64,000 nt of DNA from a virus (taxonomy: Duplodnaviria > Caudoviricetes), in the IMG/VR virus record IMGVR_UViG_3300024549_000205, positions 11,802-75,801 of that record. The stretch is one strand, 5' to 3'. Position numbers and translations under genes: made by a program. A model generated the notes under the pieces. That model saw only the letters and a program-made list of their open reading frames with translations. It was not told the origin of the DNA and ran no database searches. Of the stretch, positions 8,075 to 20,000 are shown one piece after another. The first letter of the stretch is position 1, and every line of letters begins with the position of its first letter.

Positions 8075-11000
8075 TTAACAAATTTCTTTTCTAACTTCTT
8101 TTAATATTTTCCCAATTTCTTCATTACTATATCCAAGTTTAATTAACATGTCTATACCAATGTCACTTAAGTTATAAGACTTACCATCTTTTAACACACG
8201 CTCTTTGGTTGATCTTGGTGCTTCTACCACTGGTTCAGCCACTGGAGCAGGAGCTTGAGGGTCGTTGTTTATACTTCCATTGTCATTATCAAAACCAAAC
8301 TCTTGTAAAAGTCTTTGTTTTAAATATGCATATGTCTGAGGAGCTTTTTCTTTTAGCTGTGCTAAACCTGTACCCAATCCATCTTTAGGCATCACTACAG
8401 TTTTGCCTGTTGCTTTGATTTTAGCTATGTCACCATCAATGATCTGTCTGTTCTTGATTAAGTCTTTGTCTGACATAAAAGCAGCTTCATCCATCGAAGG
8501 AGTAATTTTTGTAGCTATTCCCATAGCGTTAGGATTGTTTCTGATTTGAGCTTGGCCACCCATTCCAACTCTTTGAGTGTTATCTCCAAATACATAAATC
8601 TTATCTGGATTAGCTTGTACGTCAGCAACAGAATATCTGTCTACCACTTCTACATTTTTAGTTGGTTGGATTGTAGCTACCACTGGTGTTGTTCCTAAAA
8701 GAGCCAATTCAATTTCACTATCTTCTACTTCTCTCATCACCTTCATAAATCCATTGTCTAATACAGATGGTCTAGATACTGTTGAGTTAGGATCCAAAGG
8801 AAACTCTTTACCGTAAAACTCTTGAGCTCTATATGAATCACCCCAAGCATTAATCATTTTGTATACATAGTTTAGGTAGGTTCTTTCAACTCCATTTTTA
8901 CCTTTGAATGTAGATTCTTGTATTAAAGGAACTCTTTTACCTTCATCATTTATTTTGTATACCTTTTTGAATAATCCTTTATTGACGTGAGAAGTATCTC
9001 CAATTCTTCTAGCCTTAATTCTTTGAGCTTTTGTAATTTGTCCTTCGTAAGAATATGTCATGAAATCACTTCTTCCTTCTCTTGAACGAATTGGTATTAC
9101 AACCATTTCAGGAAGTTCTCCATTAAGCATCTTCTTCTCTAGTTTCTTACTTAAGAATTGTCTTTCTGGGTAGTACCAATTTCCAGGAGTTGCTTTACTT
9201 TCTTGCAATCTTCCTTTCTTAAATACAACAACGTTAGTGTTATTCCAGTTGCTTCTCTCCATTGTATCTAACGTTTTAAAGTCCGCTAAGTTAGGGATAT
9301 TTTCTAAATTAGACAACGTTTGGTTGTAAAATTCTTTAAAATCATCATAAGGAAGAAGGTTAGTAAATGCAATAGGAGAGTTTGTAAGTCCTGATTGTAT
9401 TACAGCAAGTCTAACAAGCTTACCATAAAGATCTTTGTTCTCATCACCAAGCTTTTCTTTTAACTCATTGAATCCATAGATGATCATGTTTTGGTCATAC
9501 ACCTTAGCGTCTTTACCTTTGATAGAGATGTTATCTGGACTAGCAATAAACATATTCATCATTTTTCTAGATTCCTTAGGTGCATATCCTAACTTCATCA
9601 ATAACTCAAGACTTATATTTTCTCTTTGATATACATTACCATCTTTTAGTTTATATTCATCCAATACAATCTTTTTACCACTTTCTAATTGTAATGATTT
9701 AAGAATCATGTTGTTATGTAAAGGATGTGTTTCATCTTTTAACACCTTATCTCTAAATTCAATAATTTGTTTAGCAGCACTCTTTTCTGTTGAGTTACCT
9801 AATAATATTTTCTTAACTGAGTTGTTAAGTTTTCTATCGTTCTGTACAGCCCAGTCAAAAAGATCATTCACTGCTTTCTGAGAAATCTTAATAAAATCTC
9901 TATCACTCATTTCTGTATAAGGAGCTAACACTTGTTCCATCACCTTTCTGACATTCTTTTTATCAGAGATTAAGATTTCAGCAAATGCATCACGTACACC
10001 ATATATAACATTAGCAAGCTCACCTACAAAAGAGTTCTTAAGAATACTATCTACAGCAGGTACCACTTCATTCTTTTCATTTATAGAAGAAAACATCGTT
10101 CTTTGTGCTTTAGCAAGTTGCATTTGTTTCTTGAATACTAAATATGGATCATTGATTGTTGCAGTGTCAAAATTAGATCCTTGTGTAACTTGGAACATAT
10201 GACTAGCCATCATAGCGTATTTTAAAAACTCATCTAATATATAATTCTGTTGAGCTAACTCTGAAGGACTCATTTTCTCAGGAGATTTACCCATCATGTC
10301 ATACAAATCTGTCTCATTAGGGATTCCATTTACAACAACATTGTCCTCTGTTAAATAATCATATTTAACATCATCAACAAATTTTTCAATGAACAACCAT
10401 GAGTATCCATTGTTTTGGATTGTTCTCAAGTAATCACGGATGATTGGTTGGTTCATGAAATAACCTACTGTGTTAATAGGCACACCAAGCTTAACTAAGA
10501 ATAACCATGTAGAAGCTACATTAGGAGTAGCTCCCATCTCCATAATCCAAGGACCTTTGGAGATATCCACATATCCATCGATAAACTGTCCAATAGTATC
10601 AGAGATGTATGTTTTGTCATCAGCACTCTTTATTTTAGATAGAGTGGCACGTTTAACTCCATTAACCATAACTGAGTTGTACTCATTGAAGTTAATTTGA
10701 CCATCACCTAACCATCCTGCATCTACTGGATCAACTGTTGTTTTTATTTTAACTGGATCTACATAAATAAGACTACGTTGATTTTGAGCATGGTTAGTTT
10801 GATTCACCGCAGCAATACCAATTGCATACTTACCTGTAACAAACGCATGTCTCAAGTTAGTCATAAATGCTCTACTCAACATGTTACCTACAGCACCATA
10901 GTCAATCTTAGTTCTACCAAGTTTATCATTAATCTTATCAGTTAATTCTTTAAGATCATCTGCAGAGTTAGGTTTAATTAAGTTATCAAAGTTAAGGTCG

Positions 11001-14000
11001 TTAGAAATTAACTTCTGTAATGATTGGATGTATTCATTCTCTAATGACTGTCTGTAAAGATCATTAATTACATCTTCTCTTTGTGTTGAGTATTGTTCAG
11101 GGAAAATAGCTTCCATTAATCTATCTTCAGCCTCTCCTTTGGAAAGAAGTTTTTTAGAGTTTAAGTACTCATTAAATTCTCCAGCATCATACATTTTACC
11201 AAACTTATCAATGGCTTCTTGACCTACACCTAAGTAAGGAACCACTTTAGGTTTTTTGTCATTGCTAGGATATATGTTTTTCAAATAGATTGACAACTTA
11301 TCAATATCAAAATCCGATCCAGCTTTCATAACAAGTTCTGAAGGAATAACAACTGAGTCTTTATATCCTTCAGGTAAGAACTTAGCTATCTCAAATACAT
11401 CAATAGAGTTTTGTTTCTGTGTTGGAATACGGAATGCCACACCCATAATAGCTTCAAACTCTTTCTTGCCTTCTGGATCATTATTGAAATAATTAATAAG
11501 CTCCTCATCAGACATATCTGATTTAAACCATTTACCCACCATTAACTGACAAACATTTATTGTCTTACCGTTCTCATTTCTAGTGTAGAACTTAAGTAGG
11601 TTAGAGCTATAAACATTCTTACCTTTAACTACTTGTTGCCCAGGTCTTTCTGATTCTAATAATGTAGAAGGAATCTGTACCTTCATACCTCCAGATATCT
11701 TAGGAGATACAACGTTCTTATCAGCAATAGAGTAAAGAATGTTTCTGATTTGTTGGTATGCAGGAGTAGCCTCCAATACAACATCTCCAGACTTAAATCC
11801 TTTTAGTGCATCACTGATGTTATCATTCACTTCTCGTTTCAAGATCTCATCTCTCAACGTGTCAGTTAGTTTATTAATATTACTTATTATGAATCCATCA
11901 GCAGTTTTTGTTATACCAAGTTTCTTAAGAAGAGATTTGTATCCATACTCTATCTTAGCATTTAACATGTCTTGGTTATGCTTAATGTCTTTGTATAGTT
12001 CAGACTCTTTTAGTTTTTGCTCAGGAGATAGTTTTATCCATTTAATGAATCTAGCATTGAAATCTCCGTTATTAACATCAAAGTCAATTGGCACACCAGC
12101 TTCCATAAAGTCTAATGTAGCAAGTTTAGTCACCTGAGATCCTTGTGTTACATAAGCTGCATCTTTAGAAGGAACTTCTGCTTGTACACCCATAATAGCA
12201 AACGGTATGTTTGATACTGCTTGTTTCTCATAGATGTTAATACCAGCATTAGCATCTTCGAATGGTGTCTCATCGAACTTACCTTTTTTATCATATAAAG
12301 GAGATATCTTCTCAGCACCCACTTTACTTCCTGATTCAAAAACAGCATAGTCAATGTTCTCTTTCTGCATCTTGTCATACAACTTGATAGCATTAGAGTC
12401 AGGATTCATTTTGTGAAGTAGTCTGAATGATAGAGGAAGTAATGCAAACTTATGTAGTACAACATCATTGTAATCTCTACCATTAGCTTTATTACCAGAC
12501 ACAATAGGTTTTCTAGGAGTGTATGTACTCGCTACCTCAGGACTGTTTCTATCAAATTTTTCTATCTCTCTCTTACTAGCTCCTGATCTAACAAGATCTT
12601 CGTACGCCATATCATGTCGATATTGAGCTTCATTAGCTTCAGTCCATTCTCCAGAACGTATTCCAAATACACGATTGGCTTTTAACATAATGTATCCACC
12701 ACCATCAGTTTCTTTATATGGGTCATAATCTTTAAGATCACTAACACTCAATATATCTCCAAGAGTGATTGTTCTAAAATAATCTAATGTCATATCAGTG
12801 TAACCAGCATCTCCAGGTTTGAATCCTTTGTTATAGATTTCATTAAGAGCAGCATTTACATCTTGTGATCCTACTAAAAGAGCTTGTCTAGGAGAGTTAA
12901 AGTTTTTAATACGTTTCAACTCATCAGAATACTGATAAGGGTCTGAATATAATAACTTGTGCATCTCGATGTTAGCTATCATATAATTGATAGACAACAC
13001 TTGAAGTTGGTCTCTTAAAGTTTTTTCATTTAATTCTAACTCATTATCAAGTTTGATATCGTCAATAGTTAATCCTTCGCTACCATAGTATACAATACCA
13101 TAGTTTTTAAGAAGAGCTTCTGTATCTGCAGCATCTTTTTTAATGAACTCATCTACAGCTTCATTAATTTCAGATCTGAATCCTTTGAATCCTTCTGAAG
13201 GTTTTCCATTGTACAACTCTTCAGCTGTATATTTTCTATAAGCTCCTTTTGTTATTTTATTATTAAGCTCTTCACCTAAAATAGATTTAAAGAAACGTAA
13301 GTCTGTTGGCTTTCTATTTTCATTCTCAACTATATTACGTCCATCTCTAGCAAGTTCCACTTCAGATATAAAATAGTTTTTAAAGATTTCATAGTGATCT
13401 TTGTCAGCATATTCTTCTTTAGTTACGAATGCTAAATCATTGTGCATTTTAACAGCCCATTCAATAGCAGCATCTCCAGGAACAAGATTTAAGTAGTATC
13501 CATTTAAGTTAAGATTGATTTCTTGAACAAGTCTCTCTTTAGCTGAAAGTTTAGAACTTTCTTTCTTTACACCACGAACTTGATTATCCATACCATCAAT
13601 GTATACAGACTTCATTAAGTCTTGTGTACCAGCAATACGTTTACCTGTTCCTTTTGTAGGATGTAAGTTGAACATCTTCTGCATCATCACACTTCCTTTA
13701 GCAAATACGTCATTACGTAAATATTCGTATTGTTTGTATGCAGGATTGCTTGATAACTCAGTGATGTTATCTAGTTTAGAAAGAATGTTGTGTAATCCAC
13801 TCAACGCGTTCACACCAATATAAGTTTGTGTACGTTCTCCATTCATGTTGAAGTATGTACTCTCGAATTCTTTATTTTCAATAACAGCCTGCACAAGTCC
13901 TAATTGGAATAAGTTTCCTTCTATGTTTAATGCTCTAGGAGTTAAACTAACTATACCTCTAGCAACTTCTCCATTAGCTTCGTCATTTTCAATCTCAGCA

Positions 14001-17000
14001 TCAGTTTTAGCTTTACCTTTATCGTTCAAATCAGAGAAGACTCTTTTTATTCCTTCTACAGCACCTCTAAAAGCTAATGCTTGATTATCAGTTAATCTAC
14101 TTAATGCTTTGATATTGAACTCAATACCTAATTCATTAAGTAACGCTGTATAAGTTGTCAAGTCTGAACCACTCAATGGCATAGACTTAATCTTATCTGT
14201 AGCATAATATCTTCCTGTCTTAGGTTCGTAAGAGAAGAATGTAGAATTAGATTTAATTTTGTCAACCATAGTGTTGGTCATATCACGCTTAGCTTGTTTA
14301 GCTGCACTAGTTAATGTTGAATCACTAACTACTACATCTCCACCAGGCATGATGAATACAGATATAGCATCAGCATTCTGACTCTTCATTGATTTCCAGA
14401 ACGCAGTGATAAGTTGCCATGATGACTCATCTAATGATCTAACATCAATTGGTGCAGTAATAGATGATTTTGTAAGTCTTGTGTACAAGTTCTCAAAGTT
14501 AGGATCTCCTTTAGCCATTTCTCTAAGTCTATCCAACATATCATCAATGTTTACAGAATCGAAAAGTTTGTTTTTCAATCTAATAAACACTGAATCAGCA
14601 GGAATAAGAATAGCACCACCAATAGAAGATTTTTCAACTTTCAATTCTCTTTCTCCTTTTTCATTCACACCTACGTATGAAAGAGGAAGAGTTCCTAGTA
14701 ATAACTTAACAGCACCGTTTGCTTTTCTGAATGAATCAATCTTTCTAGCATCTCCAAAAGGATCTTCTTTACTTTTCTCAAACTCACTAATGTCAAGCTC
14801 ATCATTCTCATCAAACTGTATATTGAATGTTTTAAGCTTCTCTTTGTGTCTCTCAATAATAGATTCCCATTGAGCATCTACAGTGTCATATAATGTTCCA
14901 ATATCATTGTATAATTTATCACCTTCTTCTTCAGTAAGACGACCATCTCTCTTATCTTGTTCTATAAGATCTGCTTGATGACCAATCACATCTAGTATTC
15001 TCACATTAAGCATTTCGTAAAGCTCTTTCTGTCTAGGTTTAACTATGTTGAATAAGCTTTCTTTTCTCTTAATAAGATCAGTAAGAGTAATGAATGTCAT
15101 CTCGTCAATTATCTCATGTAACTGAACAGCAGGGATTCCTGTTACTCTCAAATCAGAAAAATCATCAGCTGAAGCATTTTCAATATCAATCACACCCACA
15201 TTAGCATAAGCTAACTGAGATACATAAGGATTGAATGTATTGTAATATCCATCACCTATCTTGTTGAATAACTCTTTTGTATTACGTTGAGCATCTTTAC
15301 CATAGAAGAATGACTTGATGAAATCAATCAATTGAGAGAACAACTTACCAATCAAACTCTTAGAGGCAATTGATTTACCTAATTTATCATTAAGTACAGC
15401 ATCTCTGAATTCCTCAGCAAGTTCTTCTTTGATTTGATGAGCTGTCGCATATTTGTATTCAACTGTTCTACCAGTTTCTCTATCTACGAATGTTCCTTCT
15501 CTACTTGTAAACTCTTTAAGTATGGCTTCTTTTTCTTTTGCATCAGCAAACATTTTCCATACAGCTTCAAATACCTCGTGGTACACAGTACCTACCTCAG
15601 CATTTTCGTATATATAGATAGCTCCATTATGAAGCATACCCCAAGCTTGTTTACCATTAGTAGCTTGAATGATGTTCTTCACTCTGTATACAGGAATGTT
15701 TGGGAACTTCTCACCAATCCATTTCTCTAACTTCTTCCAATCTTCACCTTGGAACTTCTTAGCTTGTCTAGCTACAACAACACGCATTGCAGCATCATCA
15801 GGTTTTTGTCCTCTTTGTCTACTAGCAAACTTACTTGGCTTAGCAGTTTGTTCTGTAGCTGGTGGAGTTACTATTACTTCTTCAGTGCTTTTTAATGTAG
15901 CTAGTTCTGCATTTAATCTATCATTTATTAATTTACTTCCTGAAAAATAATCTCCTAAATAATAATTTAAACCTTTTATTGTTTCAGGTAAAAATTTTGG
16001 ATTAAACATATTATCTGCTTTATCTCCTTCAATTACTTCTTTCATTAAGCCAATACCTAATGGACCATATCTTAAAAATGTAACATCATCTTTTCCTTGT
16101 TCAATTTTACCATCTACTTGAAATCTAACTGAAATTTTATTTGTAAGCTTTAAGTTATCAGATATATTTTGATCACGTAATTCAGAAGATTTTTCAACAG
16201 CATCAACTATAGCTTGAACTTTATTTGCATTACCAATATAAATAGTTATATTTTTTCCAGGTTGTCCGCCATCTTTTCCAATTTTATACCCTTTAATTAA
16301 ACCTTTAGATTTTAAATCATCTAGAATTTTAATTGTTTCAGTAGCTCTACTTCTAATTTCATCTGCTGGTGTATCATCATTTTCACTTTCAAATTGTTCA
16401 ACACCTTTAATTGAAAGATGCATTTTCCAACCTTTGTTTACATCTTTTTCAAAATTATCTATATTACTTTTTAAATTTGGACTTATTACTTCTTCAGTAC
16501 TTTCTAAAGCTGCTAGTTCTGCATCATATTTAGCATTGATTTTATCTGCATTAAGTTCTGCAAGATTATTTGGTAGACCAGAAGGACCTTCTAAACTAGC
16601 AAGCAATGATGCACTATGTTGTGTAGCAATTGGTTCAATATGTTTTGATAATACATCTCTAATTTGATCCTTAGTTAAATTAGGAAAATTATATAACATA
16701 TATTGTTCAAACTTCTTAGGATCATAAGCTGCGTAACCTTCATAATCATCAGTTATGTAAGGATTGCTTCCTGGTATATCAAATATTCCATCTATAGCTA
16801 ATGTTAGTAATTCTTTATCTTGTTCAGATAAAGATGCGTCATCAGAAACTTCTTGTTTTAATTTATTTCTAGTTTCCTCTAACGTATCAAACTGTTCAGC
16901 TACTTTTGTTTTTAAATCTTGTACACCTAACTTTTTATTTTCTTCAAGTTCAGCTTGTCTTCTTTTTTCTATATCAGCTTTCTTATCAGTAACTTCAGGA

Positions 17001-20000
17001 ACCACTTCAACATTTGGTGTAAATGGTGTAGCAATAGCAGGAGCAACAGGAATCTTTAATGCTTCTAATTGTTGAAGCACCTTCATGTAGATATCGTTAC
17101 CAATTAACTGTTGAGCTTCTGCTGGAGAAACACCTTTAGCATCAGCAACTGAATTTAAAACTTCTCCATCAAAAGAACCAAATTGAATATTAAATCCTTG
17201 ACCACTCTCATTGAACTTTTTACCATCTAGTGTAAATGTTATTTTACCGTGACTTCCAATTTGAACGGTGTTCTCTGCTATTCCATCTAACACAAATGTT
17301 GTTTGTGGAGCATCTGAAGCAGGTATCTTAGACTTAGTTTGAAATGCATCTAATTGTGGTCTAATTTTAGCCAAGATGGCTCCATAGAAAATAGCTCTAG
17401 CTTTATCAAGATCTTTATTATTGCTAGGATCAAGACCTTTCTCAGTCATAAGTGCTGCCATTGTCTCTGCTTCAAATGTGATGCTGAAACCTTTTTCTCC
17501 TTTTGAATCTATATACTCTTGAGCATTTATCTTAAAAGGAATCTTACCAAACTTACAAGTGTATATGTTTTCTTCACCTTCTAAATTATATTCTTTTTGA
17601 GCACCAGGTTGAACAGTAGCAGCAGGAGCAGGTGTTTGTTGAGCAGTCTTATCTAATGCAACTAATTGCTCATCAATATATCTGTTCAAAAGATATTTAC
17701 TAACAGCACTCATCACCTTATCCTCATCACCTTTTAGAGGTTCAAGGATTGGAGTTAAGTCACTTTGTAATTGTGCTTGATCTAAAGTTTCTTGCCATGC
17801 TTCATACGCAGCTTCATTAATAGTTTTGAAAATATTATCCATTAATGGAGCAATATTTTCTTCAGCATTAATTGCTGTTTTGATTTTCTCCAATGCATCT
17901 TTACTTACAGTGACTGCAGTTTTAGTAGGAGCAGCTGGTGTAGGAGCTTGTGTAACTACAGGAGGAGGAACTGGAATTTCATAGCTATCAATAGTAGAAT
18001 CCAATGTAAAATAGATTCCTTTCTTGTTAGGAACAGAAGGATCAGTCAATGGTCTCACTTGTGTAACTAAAGGTATCTCTTCGTTAGTTCTCCCTTCAGC
18101 TGATAATAGATATGTTTGGTAGTTATCCCAATCTCTTTTGATAGGTTGACCAGCTTCATCTATACCAATAATCTCTGTATATTTTTTCTTGAATGACTCT
18201 GTGTTAACCTTAGTGGAGTTTACATTATTGTACATACCTCTAAGAATAGCTTTGATTTCATTTTCACTATTCTGTAATCCATTTACAGTGAAATCAAATC
18301 CTTCGCCACCAAGTCCTGATAAGAATAATTTAGGATAGGTTACATTACCTTCTGTAACATTCTCAAACCATACACTATTGTATCCAGGATTTTTTTTCTC
18401 TTTTGTTTGAGTGTTTCTTGGAATGCCCCAATAAACAACAGTCTTTAACCAGTTGAATAAGTACTGTGTTTCAGCTGTCTTAGTGGTACCATCTTTATCA
18501 ACATTCTTAGTCACTTGAAGTAGAACATCATATATAGTATTCACTTCATTTTCTGTAAGGTTTCTGTTTTTTAGTTTAAGTAATCCACCTGGAACTTTTA
18601 AGAACACTCTACCTAATGGAGTGTTAAATGTCACACTACCATAAGTAACAGCTTCATTTTTTGTAGCAACCATTAATACAGGATCTTCAAGTAAAGCTCC
18701 TTCTTCTAATAGTCCTGTTTCTTCTACAGCCACTCTAGCATCATAGTCTCTTACATCTTTTCCTTTATCATCTTTGTATGTTACATAATCTGGAATACCA
18801 AATGATGCAGATATAGATTGTGGAGTGGGAACTGTTTCTTCTGCTAAACGAGCAGCTCTCCATTTATTATATTGTTGTTTTAATGACTCTTGTGCTGGAG
18901 TTAGTTTACCATCAGTAGTCATTTTTCTGAACATAGAACCTCTTTCTCTCTTACCATCTTCACTTGTATAGGTAGCTTCTAATTCATCAGCAGGGAATAC
19001 TTGAAAGATAGCATGTTTAGTAGGATCAGCCAGTTGTTCTTTTGTTAAAGGAACACCGTTCTCATCAACTAGTGTGTATGTATTATCATCATTGTCTTGT
19101 ACCATTACAAGAGCAATAATCTTATTAGGATTGATAGGTTTACCTTGACTGTCTATAGCTCTTCCTTCATCAGTCAAATAGTTCATAAGGCCATCTATGC
19201 CAGCTTCTGCTTCTGTAGCAGCAGTGACAATCATTCCACGAATAGAACCTTTGTTTGCAAACTTATGCATGTTGAAACCAAAACGGTTTGCTCTTGCATG
19301 ATGTTCTCTTATTTGCTCACCTTCTCTACCTCTAGTAACAGCAATAGTAGATCCTACTACTTCAAGGTCATCTTTCTTAGATGATGCTTCGTAGAATTCA
19401 TTACTGAAGAAACTTTGTACGTCCTTACTGTTTGTACCTAGGTATTCTGCTTGAAGAGCTTGATCACTTTCTAATTTCTTCTTCTCTGCTTCTTGCTGTT
19501 TATATTTGTCAGCAACCTGCTTGAACTTATTAAGAATCATTTCTTTAGCCTCAATCTCTTTCTGTACATCATCAAGAGCACCTTGCATAATATCCATGTG
19601 CTCAATAAGATCTTTTAGTCTTTGTTCGTTAGGAGTTATTTCAAGATCTTCAGTCTCAGCAATAATATCATCAATTAGTTGTAAGTCTGAACGATAATTA
19701 GGCTTCACTTTAAGAAAGTTAGGATTGGCTTTCAAGAAATCAACCCAGTCTTGTCCCATAAGTCTAGGAACATTTGGATATCTAGACTCAAAGTTTGCTA
19801 TAAGGTTAGATAGATAGTCGATAGTAGCATCTAATGCTCTCTGAGTCTCTCTTGCTAACTTAGATAATGTAGAGATCTGTGCTTGAGTTGTCTCTTGTAA
19901 TATCTCAAGATCGATGATTTCATCTTGTAACTCATCCATGAAATCTTTGAAGTTAGTCGAGTACTCATCTATATTAGAAGCCATGTCTGTAATATAGTTA

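Noticed and set aside
15913-16483. Lanthipeptide (RiPP) biosynthetic cluster
   Set aside because: Only the lyase-like domain is present; there is no kinase, cyclase, transporter or clear leader peptide in the window.
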